Positions 37,032 through 46,303 of a DNA stretch of 59,244 nucleotides are shown in pieces (position 1 is the stretch's first letter; each line of letters begins with the position of its first letter). Position numbers and translations under genes: made by a program. Source of the DNA: Planctomyces sp. (GTDB lineage: Bacteria; Planctomycetota; Planctomycetia; Planctomycetales; Planctomycetaceae); NCBI GenBank assembly GCA_043746695.1, contig JAYTQM010000830.1, positions 1 to 59,244 on the forward strand, written 5' to 3'. A model generated the notes under the pieces. The model was not told the origin of the DNA, ran no database searches, and saw nothing but the letters and a program-made list of their open reading frames with translations.

Positions 37032-38272
37032 CACTTCTCCCACGACCTCCGCAGCCATTCGGCAATGCGAGTCGTATGAAACGGCAACCATGCTCGCTTC
37101 GTGTAGATGCCGTGTCCCAATTTTTCTGTTTCATCAACGCCGTAATCGAACAACCACGCAGCATCACCATCCGCGTGGATGCGCGATCCACAGTCCAGTC
37201 GAGCGAGCAGAATTGAAAGTTCTGGCAGCCGATTTTGAAGACTGGCCCTGATCGGTTGCGGCAGTCGGTCCAAGGGCGAGTTGTCGTTCGTGACTTGCGG
37301 AATGTCCAACCCGATCTCCAAAAGCTGACCCACGACATGATCCGCCTCACGCCGCCGCCGATCGACTGGAGTCAGTTCGCTGCCAGCAATCCCAAACGAC
37401 TGTACCCAATCGCCAAACTTTGCTCCCACGATCTCATCCAGAGATTGCGGCAGCGCTGGTTTCGCGATGAATTCTGCCAAGTTCGCTGCGGGGCGGTGAT
37501 GAACGATGTGCAATAACCTCGAATAACCGTCGCAGTCCCAGCCGTAGCCGACGGGAGTCCCCATCGTCACCAGACAAAGCGCTTTCGCCAGTGGATGCGG
37601 AGCTGTTGCCGCAGCCAGTCTGCTGCGAGCAAGTTCCCAATTCGTTGCCGACTCCGTCCTACCGCTTGTCGCCAGGAAGAACTGCTCGACCGACTCACGA
37701 TCGTTTGCCAACAGATTGCTCAACAACGCGAAGACGTTTCCTGCGTGGCTGTGCCCCCAAAGCAAGACTCGTTCTTGCGTCAGATCAATCGGCAAATCAG
37801 CCAATCGATTAAAGAGGTCAACTGCCGCCTCTGCTCGCGAGATGTGATCGTTCCCGCTCGACCAATCAAACCGTTCGACGTGAGGCCCATTCGATCCCAG
37901 GAATGTGCTCAGTTCGGCCAAGTAGTCATCGAGAAAACTTCCGGTTTCCCCCATCAATCGGCCACTCAACTGCTGGTTGACGCTGCGCAGGATTCGCCCC
38001 CAAGACTCCGTTGCGAACGCCTTGAAGGCTGGCTGCAACAGTGACGGAATCGACTTCGTGACCTCTTCCAATTTCTGAGCAAACCCAAAGGGATCGTTTC
38101 CCACGAACGTACCATGCACCAAAAGGAGATGTCGCACCTTCAATTGGCGAAGCGTCTCACCGGCGTCAATGCTTGCGATTTGGTTCGATCGAACGGCAGT
38201 CACGGTCGTCGGAATCGGTGGCAAGCCCCAAGCGACATACGGTTGATGCCGAAAACGATTTTGACGTGGCAT
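37031..38272 (-). CDS. hypothetical alpha/beta-hydrolase-like protein (GHSHAG nucleophile-elbow motif)
   Basis: LLLVHGTF.. followed by VLLWGHSHAGNV (a GxSxG motif). I cannot place it in a named family. Confidence 0.6.
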   Translation of the reverse strand: MPRQNRFRHQPYVAWGLPPIPTTVTAVRSNQIASIDAGETLRQLKVRHLLLVHGTFVGNDPFGFAQKLEEVTKSIPSLLQPAFKAFATESWGRILRSVNQQLSGRLMGETGSFLDDYLAELSTFLGSNGPHVERFDWSSGNDHISRAEAAVDLFNRLADLPIDLTQERVLLWGHSHAGNVFALLSNLLANDRESVEQFFLATSGRTESATNWELARSRLAAATAPHPLAKALCLVTMGTPVGYGWDCDGYSRLLHIVHHRPAANLAEFIAKPALPQSLDEIVGAKFGDWVQSFGIAGSELTPVDRRRREADHVVGQLLEIGLDIPQVTNDNSPLDRLPQPIRASLQNRLPELSILLARLDCGSRIHADGDAAWLFDYGVDETEKLGHGIYTKRAWLPFHTTRIAEWLRRSWEK

Positions 38273-38528
38273 GACACAAAGCCTCCAAGATTTCAGTGCA
38301 TCTGCGGTTCGTGTACCCGTCCGCTTTGCTCGAATAGCGTGATCTGCCACAACATCGCAACTCTACTTTCCGTTGTCTCGCAGTCCCAGCAAGGAAACTC
38401 ACTCGCGCACCCAGGCCACTGGTTTTGCACACTTCAGTGCCAAGTGACACAATTCGAGCCTGCCTGGATTTTTCATGAGTTGTGGGAGATTTCACCGCAG
38501 GCTGTTTCACACTTGCCCGACGCGCAAG

Positions 38529-38760
38529 TTTTGAAGTTGTGCGTTTTGACTTTTCCCCGAAGGGGGCTTGGAAATTAGCCCAGGGCAAGTGAGCGAAAGC
38601 GAGCGCCGCCCTGGGAAATAACGCCCGTTGGTCGTGTGCCCTGAAGGGGCACGACATCCATGGTCCTGTTTCCCTGGGGCGGCGCTCCCGTTGGTCGCTT
38701 GCCCCAGGCTGATTTCCGAGGCCCCTTCGGGGCGAAGACACTAAAACCCGCAACTTCAAA
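38529..38760. mobile_element. 232-bp MITE-like long palindrome inserted into a family-5 hairpin
   Basis: The termini TTTTGAAGTTG / CAACTTCAAA are inverted, and the ~90-nt arms are about 80% complementary. It is flanked by the direct repeats ACGCGCAAG (38520-38528) and ACGCGCCAG (38761-38769). Confidence 0.75.
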
Positions 38761-38816
38761 ACGCGCCAGCGAGGGAAGTCCGCCATCGTCCCTCGCTGGC
38801 GCGTCGGGCTAGTGTG
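38761..38816. repeat. CTAG-type hairpin family (family 5), copy split by the MITE (left end at 38503-38528)
   Basis: Deleting 38529-38760 plus one 9-bp repeat restores CTTGCCCGACGCGCCAGCGAGGG, 14-nt loop, CCCTCGCTGGCGCGTCGGGCTAG (22/23 bp paired). Confidence 0.8.
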
Positions 38817-38910
38817 TGCCTTGAATAATCTCGGCTAACGACAAGTTTGGTCTGCCGACGTCCAATGGGTGTTGGTTCAATTGCAGTGCGAAACAATGGG
38901 AAGAGTGACT

Positions 38911-40497
38911 ATGCACAATCGAGAACTGACACCGGGCGCGATGCGTGCATTGGACGGCGCTGGGAGGCTCGCGTGGATGGCGGGGCGTTCGGAAGTGGAA
39001 ACATCGCACTTGTTGTGGTCTCTTGTGTTGGATGAATCGCGAGCGGCGCTGTTGCTGCAACACGCGATGATTCGAGCCGAGATGCTGGACGCGGTCTTTC
39101 CGTTTCTTGGAAACCAGCAAGCGTCTCTTGAAAAATCCTCAGACCAAACGCCGTTCGCGATTTCTTATGAACCACCGCCGGTCCCGATGCCGCTGAGTCC
39201 GGCAGTGTCAGCCGTTTTGGTCGAAGCTCGCACGATTCTGGCACGGTTGGGGTTGGAACCGGAAGTCGGTAGTGAGCACTTGCTGGCAGCACTCGCGGTT
39301 GTGGACGTTTCGATCGGAGAGTTCTTCGGGCGGTTTGGGCTGGGGCCTGCTGGACTGGCTCAGAAGGTGGCCGAGACGGCCGGCTTCGTGACTGAGCCGA
39401 TCACTCCGGAGTTCAACATTCGCTGGAGTGAACCAACCGTGGCCGATCACACCGACACGTTACGAACGCTCGACGCAGCAGCGAATCGTTGTCGGGAAGG
39501 ACTGCGCGTCGTCGAAGACTTCGTCCGTTTTTCATTGGATGACGCGCACCTTTCACGACTGCTCAAAGAACTGCGGCACGAGTTGACCGAACGCCTCAGC
39601 GACCTCGATCGGCTCGGTCTAATTTCCGCTCGTGACACGCTGGGCGATGTCGGCACACGGATCAAAACCTCGCGAGAACAAACCCGACAACGTCCGTCCG
39701 ACATCGTGCTCGCCAACTGCCGCCGTGTGGCCGAGGCGCTCCGAACATTGGAAGAGTTTTCTAAATTCGTGATCACGAAACTCGCGGATCCGACACTGCC
39801 GTCACGTCTCGAACAAATGCGGTATCGGCTCTACACGATTGAGAAAGCGTTACTCACGACGCTCTCGTCGCGTGATCGGCTGGAAGGTTGCGATCTCTAT
39901 TTGCTGGCGACCGAAGCATTGTGCCATCACGGCATCGGCCCGGCTGTGCGACAAGCGTTGGAAGCGGGAGTTGGGATCGTGCAACTTCGCGAAAAAGACT
40001 TGACCGATCGTCGCACTTTGGAGCTGGCACATCGCGTGCGAGAGTGGACTCGCGAGGCCAGCGCACTCTTCATCATGAATGACCGAGCGGACCTTGCCGT
40101 CTTGTCTGATGCCGATGGCGTGCATGTCGGACAAGAAGAGCTGACGGTTCGCGAGGCTCGTCGCATTGTGGGAGCAAATCGGCTTGTCGGCGTTTCGACA
40201 CACACGGTTGAGCAAGCTCGACAAGCGGTGCTCGACGGAGCGGATTACATCGGCGTCGGCCCGGTGTTTTCGACGACCACAAAGTCGTTCAACCAGCTCG
40301 CGGGCCTGGAGTTCGTCCAACAAGTGGCGACAGAAATCAAACTTCCGTGGTTCGCGATCGGTGGCATCACGCTGGAAAACATTTCCGCTGTGAAGACCGC
40401 TGGCGCAACTCAAGTCGCCGCCAGCAGCGCAATCTGCTCATCGCCAAATCCTGGCCGAACGGCGGCTGAGCTATTGGACCGAGTGCGAATGCCTTGA
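38911..40497 (+). CDS. thiE: thiamine-phosphate synthase with N-terminal Clp_N-like repeats and a helical middle domain
   Basis: The C-terminal 210 aa form a classical ThiE (VQLREKD.., NDR.DLA..ADGVHVGQ, GVSTH, GVGPVF.T.TK, FAIGGI). The N-terminus has two Clp R-domain-like repeats (ETSHLLWSLVLDE, GSEHLLAALAV). The start could be 38869, 38896 or 38911. Confidence 0.85.
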   Translation: MHNRELTPGAMRALDGAGRLAWMAGRSEVETSHLLWSLVLDESRAALLLQHAMIRAEMLDAVFPFLGNQQASLEKSSDQTPFAISYEPPPVPMPLSPAVSAVLVEARTILARLGLEPEVGSEHLLAALAVVDVSIGEFFGRFGLGPAGLAQKVAETAGFVTEPITPEFNIRWSEPTVADHTDTLRTLDAAANRCREGLRVVEDFVRFSLDDAHLSRLLKELRHELTERLSDLDRLGLISARDTLGDVGTRIKTSREQTRQRPSDIVLANCRRVAEALRTLEEFSKFVITKLADPTLPSRLEQMRYRLYTIEKALLTTLSSRDRLEGCDLYLLATEALCHHGIGPAVRQALEAGVGIVQLREKDLTDRRTLELAHRVREWTREASALFIMNDRADLAVLSDADGVHVGQEELTVREARRIVGANRLVGVSTHTVEQARQAVLDGADYIGVGPVFSTTTKSFNQLAGLEFVQQVATEIKLPWFAIGGITLENISAVKTAGATQVAASSAICSSPNPGRTAAELLDRVRMP

Positions 40498-40534
40498 GTG
40501 TTCGATTGGTCGTGACATTTAGGATGGACCATCT

Positions 40535-43054
40535 CTATTTGATGGCCGACAGGCCACTGCACAATCCACGGAAGATGGCGATCTTTTCGGTAGGGGTCAG
40601 TCCGCTGGAGCGGTATTTTTTCCAAAGTGGTTCGACAGCGTTGATGTCGCGCGTCGCGAGCGAAGCGGCCAGTTCATAGCCCTCCTCACGCCACAGTTTG
40701 TCTGTAAAGGCAGCCGCGAACTCGAAGGCTTTATCGCTTTTGGCCGCAGGCTCTTGGCGGCTCAAGAGCCGCATGGCCCAAAGCAATGGCCAGTCTATGT
40801 CCTCGGTCGAAGTTCTTTGACCTTCGGCCTTCACCGGTTGGTAACCAATCAATCGCCGCGCGACATTGGCGAGATCCCCTTTGGCCCAGGATTCGACCGT
40901 CTCGCGTTCGAGAGTGTCGCGGGGGTCTGTGAACTCGCCGTTCGTCGCGGCTGTCTCACAGAGCCGTGCTTGATTGTCCTGCCCTGCTGCTCGCAATCCG
41001 CGACCAAGTCGGACGGACAAATTCGTTTTGAGGAAATCTTCACGTGCTTCTTCGGGAGTTGCGTCAGCAGAGTTGGCGGTTGCTTCCCCCCAGGCCGCTT
41101 CGACGAGAGATCCTGCGACAGCCGACTTCAGAATTTCCGTTTGCAGCGTGAAGCGAGCGTTCGCACCGTCGAGCGCCAGTCGGCACTTGGCTCGATACTG
41201 ATTGAGCGATTGGCGAACTTGATCTTCGGTCTTCAGATCCAGCGCTTTCTTGAGCTGCGCTTTGACATCGTTCGAATCATTCGCGATCGCATCAAAGCGA
41301 CTCTGTGCGGCAGCAGTGCTGGGAGCATGCCCTCGCAAATGTTGCAGAGCGTCGGCCAATGTTTGACCGGCGGCTTCGGTTTGACCGAGCATGGCTTGCG
41401 CTCGTACCACTTCCGCAGCAGCCATCGCATTCAATCGTGGCGGCAAAGCATCGGGCATTTCGAGCCGCATCATCTGCTTCATATCAGGCAAGACAAAGTT
41501 AGTCGGCAGCGAGAGAGTCTTAAGAGACGTTGCAGCCAGTGAAACGGCTCGCGTCGCGGCTGCCTTCTGCTTCACCGCAGCTCGCGCAGCCGCGACGCGG
41601 GCCCACACACGGGCTTGCAATGAAGGAGACTCATCACGAACGGCGGCGGTAATCAGATCATCGTTCTCTCTGGCGTTTGACTTGGGTGCGACGACGATTG
41701 CGTCACCCCACGCTGCGAAACAGTCCGTTCGAGTTTCAGCATCTGGCGCGAGCTTCGACCAAGCCAATGCTTTGTCGGCATGTCCGCGCAGGACCAACGT
41801 CATTGTCGTGACAACCCATTGCGGAGACTTCCAAGGAATGACTGGCAGCGATGAGACGGCCTCGTCCAGATTAAAAGTTTGCAGCAAACGAGCACGCCGC
41901 AATACGGCTGACAACGTGCCGCTCGAACCCGCCGGCAGCGAGTTCTTTTGCATCAGGCTTTGTGCCTCTTTGCTTCGCCCCTGAGCAAAATTCAAAGCGG
42001 CCAAGTCTGTCGAAACTTCAAACGTCAGACGACCAAAGTCCGGCAGTTCGCTGATGGCCGTGGCCGCTTCATCGAGTGCCGCTTTGGCGGCATCTGCTTT
42101 TCCTGCGGCGAGTTCTTGCCAAGCGATTTGCGTGAGCGGGATCACGCGATGAAAACGCAATTGCTTGGGTTCTAGTTTGACGAGCTGCTCAATGTTCTCG
42201 CGAGCGAGCTTGAGGTCTCCTGCTTCGACGCACGCTTCAGCGGTCAAACGTCGGCAGTAATGTTTGCTGCGATTGTTTTCAGTGATGCGTGAGACTTCGA
42301 CCATCACGGGGAGAATCTGCGATCGCAATTCCGAAGCTCGTTCTTTGGCGGGCTTCTCGACCTTTGCGTTGGCCTTTTCCTTTTCTTCCGCAGCCGGGTC
42401 AATCTTCGTGACGTCAACCTGCGCAGAGTTGTTCGCTGTCGGTGGAGGTAACGGAGCAGGTTTAATGTTCGCTGCCGGATCGTTGAGTACAAAGAACCAA
42501 ACGCTTCCCGCTGCGACCGCAACCATACTGACGGCGGCCAGAATCATGACCGCGTTCGACTTCTTCACCTCTGGAGCCGCTTTCGGCATTGGTGAAGCAT
42601 TCGCCGCACCGTCCGCTTTGGGAGCCGTGAAGATTGGCAGCGGACATTTCTCGTTGCAGCACTTCACTTCTTTGCCAGCGACTTCCGGCCCAGCAAAACC
42701 TTGAGTCTCACACATCGGACAGAGCAGCCGAGTGGTCTTGCCCTTCGCTGGTCGAGGAGACAACGCAATCGCTCGACTGGCCGACGCCGCTCCGACACCA
42801 AACGGATCGTCGTCATCACTCGCTGCCTTTGGAGTATCCGCAGAACCGGTCTTTGCCGCCGCTTTGGTCGGCTTTGTTGCCGGAGCGGGTGCTGCTGGCG
42901 AGGCTGCTGCCGCCGGACTCACTTTCGGTGTGGCCGGTTTCGGAGCAGGTGCCTTACCCGGCTTCCCGCCCTTCATCGAAGCACCACAAAACGGACAATG
43001 CTCGGCGTCATCGTCGAGCACCGATTGTTTGCACCCAGGACATGTCGGAAGCAT
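40535..43054 (-). CDS. hypothetical protein: two zinc ribbons, A/P/K-rich linker, one TM helix, large alpha-helical (TPR-like) domain
   Basis: CPGCKQ..HCPFCG and CPMCE..CCNEKCP, TM helix AVMILAAVSMVAVAAGSVWFFVL, then about 600 aa of A/L-rich helical sequence. Start taken at the ATG at 43054. Confidence 0.7.
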   Translation of the reverse strand: MLPTCPGCKQSVLDDDAEHCPFCGASMKGGKPGKAPAPKPATPKVSPAAAASPAAPAPATKPTKAAAKTGSADTPKAASDDDDPFGVGAASASRAIALSPRPAKGKTTRLLCPMCETQGFAGPEVAGKEVKCCNEKCPLPIFTAPKADGAANASPMPKAAPEVKKSNAVMILAAVSMVAVAAGSVWFFVLNDPAANIKPAPLPPPTANNSAQVDVTKIDPAAEEKEKANAKVEKPAKERASELRSQILPVMVEVSRITENNRSKHYCRRLTAEACVEAGDLKLARENIEQLVKLEPKQLRFHRVIPLTQIAWQELAAGKADAAKAALDEAATAISELPDFGRLTFEVSTDLAALNFAQGRSKEAQSLMQKNSLPAGSSGTLSAVLRRARLLQTFNLDEAVSSLPVIPWKSPQWVVTTMTLVLRGHADKALAWSKLAPDAETRTDCFAAWGDAIVVAPKSNARENDDLITAAVRDESPSLQARVWARVAAARAAVKQKAAATRAVSLAATSLKTLSLPTNFVLPDMKQMMRLEMPDALPPRLNAMAAAEVVRAQAMLGQTEAAGQTLADALQHLRGHAPSTAAAQSRFDAIANDSNDVKAQLKKALDLKTEDQVRQSLNQYRAKCRLALDGANARFTLQTEILKSAVAGSLVEAAWGEATANSADATPEEAREDFLKTNLSVRLGRGLRAAGQDNQARLCETAATNGEFTDPRDTLERETVESWAKGDLANVARRLIGYQPVKAEGQRTSTEDIDWPLLWAMRLLSRQEPAAKSDKAFEFAAAFTDKLWREEGYELAASLATRDINAVEPLWKKYRSSGLTPTEKIAIFRGLCSGLSAIK

Positions 43055-43228
43055 GAGCGTTTCGTTCAAAAAGAGAGGATGTGGGACATCGCCGTCAGGA
43101 TAACAGCCGACGACGAATGGCTGTAGCTCACGTGCAACGGGATTAGGATAACGCGACAATGACACGCATCAAAACGCACGCGAGCCGCGTGCATCACAAC
43201 TCAGTCAACCCGCTTTCTGGTTCGCCTC

Positions 43229-43837
43229 ATGATTGATACTGCACTCCTCACCGCCGAAACGTTTCTCGATTCGCTTTACGATCTGCCGGATGGCGGGCAG
43301 TGGGTGGAGCTGATTCGAGGCCGCGTCGAGACGTTGTCGCCGCCGGAGGATGAGCACCGCGTCGTCGTGCTAAATCTGTCGCAAGTACTCGCCGAGTACA
43401 TGAATCGCAATACCGAAGGTTATCCCTGCTTTGATCTCGGCCTAGTTTGCTCACGCAATCCAGACACGGTTCGCTTTCCTGCCGTGAGCTATTTCCTCGG
43501 TGGAGATATGTTTGGCGAATCCGATCAAACCATCACGGAGACTCGCCCCGCGCTGGTGATTGAGTTGTTGTCGTCCAACGATCGCCGCCGAACGCTCAAC
43601 GATCGCGTTCACGATTACACACTCGCGGGGATTGCGGTGATGTGGTTCGTCGATCCGTTCGACAAAGTGGTCCACATCATCCGACCCGGCTATCCGAACA
43701 AGTCTGTGCGCGATGACGAAGCGCTTTGCGGTAGTCTGGCTTGGAAACACAAAGCGTCGGGGTTGTCGATCCTGCCAGAGTTCCGCATCAGCGTGGCGGA
43801 TTTGTTCGCGGTGCCGGAATCATGGGCGAAGTCGTAG
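43229..43837 (+). CDS. Uma2 family endonuclease (DUF820)
   Basis: The pattern WVELIRGRVETLSPP..EH...V.NL and E..S.....D...K...Y...G is typical of the Uma2/PD-(D/E)xK fold. Confidence 0.8.
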   Translation: MIDTALLTAETFLDSLYDLPDGGQWVELIRGRVETLSPPEDEHRVVVLNLSQVLAEYMNRNTEGYPCFDLGLVCSRNPDTVRFPAVSYFLGGDMFGESDQTITETRPALVIELLSSNDRRRTLNDRVHDYTLAGIAVMWFVDPFDKVVHIIRPGYPNKSVRDDEALCGSLAWKHKASGLSILPEFRISVADLFAVPESWAKS

Positions 43838-43880
43838 AGGATCGTCGAAGCATTCGATGATCCTTCACGCGATGTGCAAA

Positions 43881-43992
43881 CCCCACTGAGCTTGTCTCAG
43901 TGGTTTCAGGGCTTTTGCACTACGCCATTTCCCGTCGGGTGAACTCACAGGTAGTGCAAAGGCCCGAGTCCACCGAGGCAAGCTCGGTGGGG
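43881..43992. repeat. REPIN-like family 1, copy C
   Basis: CCCCACTGAGCTTGTCTCAGTGG..GGGCTTTTGCACTACG, 26 nt, GTAGTGCAAAGGCCCGAGTCCACCGAGGCAAGCTCGGTGGGG. Lies between convergent genes. Confidence 0.9.
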
Positions 43993-44032
43993 TTCGTGTC
44001 ACGCCTCTCGCAGCAGGCTTGTCGCAAACACC

Positions 44033-45403
44033 TCACAGAATGAACTTGCTCAAGTCTTCATTTTGCATGATCTCTTGCAGCTTCTTGCGAACGTAATCGC
44101 CGTCGATGCTCAACGATTTCTTCTTCACGTCGGGCGCTTCAAAACTGATGTCTTCGAGCAACCGTTCCAAAATCGTGTGCAGGCGGCGTGCTCCGATGTT
44201 TTGCGTCGATTGATTCACTTGGTGAGCGATGTCGGCCAGTACTTCGACGGCGTCTTTCGTGAATTTCAATTTGACGCCGTCGGTGCCGAGCAGGTCTTGG
44301 TACTGCCGAGTGAGCGACGATTTCGGTTCGGTCAAGATGCGGATGAAGTCGTCGCGCGTCAGCGGTTGCAGCTCGACGCGAATGGGGAAGCGGCCTTGCA
44401 GTTCGGGCATCAAGTCGGACGGCTTCGAGCGATGAAAGGCCCCCGCTGCGATGAAGAGGACTTGGTCGGTCTTCACGTAACCGTATTTCGTCTGCACCGT
44501 CGTCCCTTCGACGATCGGCAGCAAATCGCGCTGCACACCTTGGCGGCTGACATCGGGGCCGCCGGAATTTTCAGGACCGCAGACCTTGTCGATTTCGTCG
44601 ATGAAGATCACGCCGTGCGTTTCGGCGAGCCGTACCGCTTCTTCGTTGATCGCGTCCTTGTCCATCAACGCATCGACTTCCTCTTCGAGCAGAACTTGGC
44701 GTGCCTTATGGACGGGCAGCGAACGATGTTTGGTTTGCTTCGGCCCGATCTTCTCGAACAGGTTTTGCAGTTCCATCTCCATCTGTTCGATACCGCCGAT
44801 GTTCGACATCACTTGCACCGGCATCATGCGATGCTCGACTCGCATTTCGACTTCGCGGTCTTCCAGATCACCCGCGCGCAACTTCTCGCGCAGACGCTCG
44901 CGTGTTTTGCTGGTTGGCGCGGAGATCGGATTCTTCGGCGGATCATCACCATCTTCGTCAGTCGCGAGCGACGTCCGTGACAGCGACGGACTCGGTAGCA
45001 GCAGATCGAGCAACCGCTCTTCGGCGCGCTGCTCCGCTTCCTTCTGGATCGTGTTCCGCTTCTTGTCGCGGACCAGCGAGATCGCCGCTTCGACCAAGTC
45101 GCGAACCATGCTCTCGACATCGCGGCCGTAGTAGCCGACTTCGGTGTATTTGGTCGCTTCGATCTTGATGAACGGAGCTTCGGTCAGCTTGGCCAGCCGC
45201 CGTGAGATCTCCGTTTTGCCGACCCCGGTCGGGCCGATCATGATGATGTTCTTCGGCGTGATGTCGCGACGAACCTCTTCGGAAAGTTGCTGCCAGCGCC
45301 AGCGATTTCGCAGGGCGATCGCGACAGCCTTCTTCGCGTCATTCTGGCCGATGATGTGTTTATCGAGTTCCGCGACGATCTCACGCGGCGTTAACGCTTG
45401 CAC
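44033..45403 (-). CDS. hslU: ATP-dependent protease ATPase subunit HslU
   Basis: LTPREIVAELDKHIIGQ, GPTGVGKTEI, IVFIDEIDK-type motifs. GTG start with a GAGGAA SD. Overlaps hslV by 13 nt. Confidence 0.95.
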   Translation of the reverse strand: MQALTPREIVAELDKHIIGQNDAKKAVAIALRNRWRWQQLSEEVRRDITPKNIIMIGPTGVGKTEISRRLAKLTEAPFIKIEATKYTEVGYYGRDVESMVRDLVEAAISLVRDKKRNTIQKEAEQRAEERLLDLLLPSPSLSRTSLATDEDGDDPPKNPISAPTSKTRERLREKLRAGDLEDREVEMRVEHRMMPVQVMSNIGGIEQMEMELQNLFEKIGPKQTKHRSLPVHKARQVLLEEEVDALMDKDAINEEAVRLAETHGVIFIDEIDKVCGPENSGGPDVSRQGVQRDLLPIVEGTTVQTKYGYVKTDQVLFIAAGAFHRSKPSDLMPELQGRFPIRVELQPLTRDDFIRILTEPKSSLTRQYQDLLGTDGVKLKFTKDAVEVLADIAHQVNQSTQNIGARRLHTILERLLEDISFEAPDVKKKSLSIDGDYVRKKLQEIMQNEDLSKFIL

Positions 45404-45945
45404 GGGAATTCCTCCACAATCAAGTTGTTGTTCGTATAAATATCGAGTTCCGAAGCGATCTTTAGCGAGTGCCTGACGATCTCGCCCGCATCGAGCTTCG
45501 AGTGTTGCACGAGCGCCCGAGCCGCCGCGATCGCGTACGGCGAACCGCTGCCGATGCCGAGCACTCCGTCCGTCGGCTGAATCACGTCACCCATGCCGGT
45601 GATGAGCAGCGCGTGCTCGTCGTTGGCGACAATCAACATCGCTTCCAGCCGCCGCAGCATCCGATCGGTGCGCCAGTCGCGCGCGAGTTCCGTCGCCGCG
45701 CGCGGGACGTTGTTCGGATAGTCCTTGAGCTTCGCTTCAAAACGTTCCATCAGTGCGAAGGCATCCGCAGTCGAGCCAGCGAATCCGACGAGCACCTTCT
45801 TCTCCAGTAGCCAGCGAATCTTCTTCGTGTCCGCCTTGAGAATTGTGGTGCCGTGAGTCACCTGCCCGTCGCCTCCCATCGCACATTGTCCGTTGTGCCG
45901 CACGCACAAAATTGTCGTCGAGTGCCATTCAGACTTTCGAGCCAT
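45391..45945 (-). CDS. hslV: ATP-dependent protease subunit HslV
   Basis: The HSTTILCVR..GDGQVT N-terminal Thr nucleophile region. Start ATG at 45945 with a GAGAGGAA SD. Confidence 0.93.
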   Translation of the reverse strand: MARKSEWHSTTILCVRHNGQCAMGGDGQVTHGTTILKADTKKIRWLLEKKVLVGFAGSTADAFALMERFEAKLKDYPNNVPRAATELARDWRTDRMLRRLEAMLIVANDEHALLITGMGDVIQPTDGVLGIGSGSPYAIAAARALVQHSKLDAGEIVRHSLKIASELDIYTNNNLIVEEFPCKR

Positions 45946-46303
45946 TGGTGTTCCTCTCGCGGTAAAGCCGTGTTTCTGTCTTAGGCGAGATATAGGGGGT
46001 CTGCATTGAGGTTGGAAAGGGACTACGCTTGTAGCGTTCGCGGCCCGCGCGCGGCACATTGTTTCTGGCCAACACGCACGCGAACCACGTGCGCCATACG
46101 TCCGAGTCTGCCGACGATACCGGTCGCATGAGCCGCCGGTTGTTGAACTTGTTCGTCGATCAAGAAACTCGAAAACTCAAAGGCCGTCACTCGTCGAAGT
46201 CGCCGTACAACACAGCTGTCGCAAACGTTGCCTGTGCCGCGATTCTACGTAGCCGTTGAAGCGAAACGCAGTTACCTAATTTCTCACGCTGGACGGCCAC
46301 GAC

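Noticed and set aside
36235-37350. 371-aa minus-strand ORF overlapping both the DMT transporter and the hydrolase-like gene.
   Set aside because: It is in an alternative frame of two better-supported genes. The Arg/Cys-rich composition is not protein-like.
38166-38786. 206-aa ORF on the minus strand in the hydrolase-thiE spacer.
   Set aside because: It reads through the MITE-like palindrome and the family-5 hairpin. Its sequence is dictated by repeat DNA.
38819-38910. Looked for a TPP riboswitch upstream of thiE.
   Set aside because: No CTGAGA / ACCTGATCTGGATAATGCCAGCG-type conserved blocks are visible. The spacer is mostly repeat DNA.
44063-44980. 305-aa plus-strand ORF and neighbours across hslU, and similar long antisense ORFs across the MMPL gene (48269-48889) and the C45 gene (57663-58550).
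   Set aside because: They are antisense shadows of strongly supported genes with biased R/H/D/L composition.
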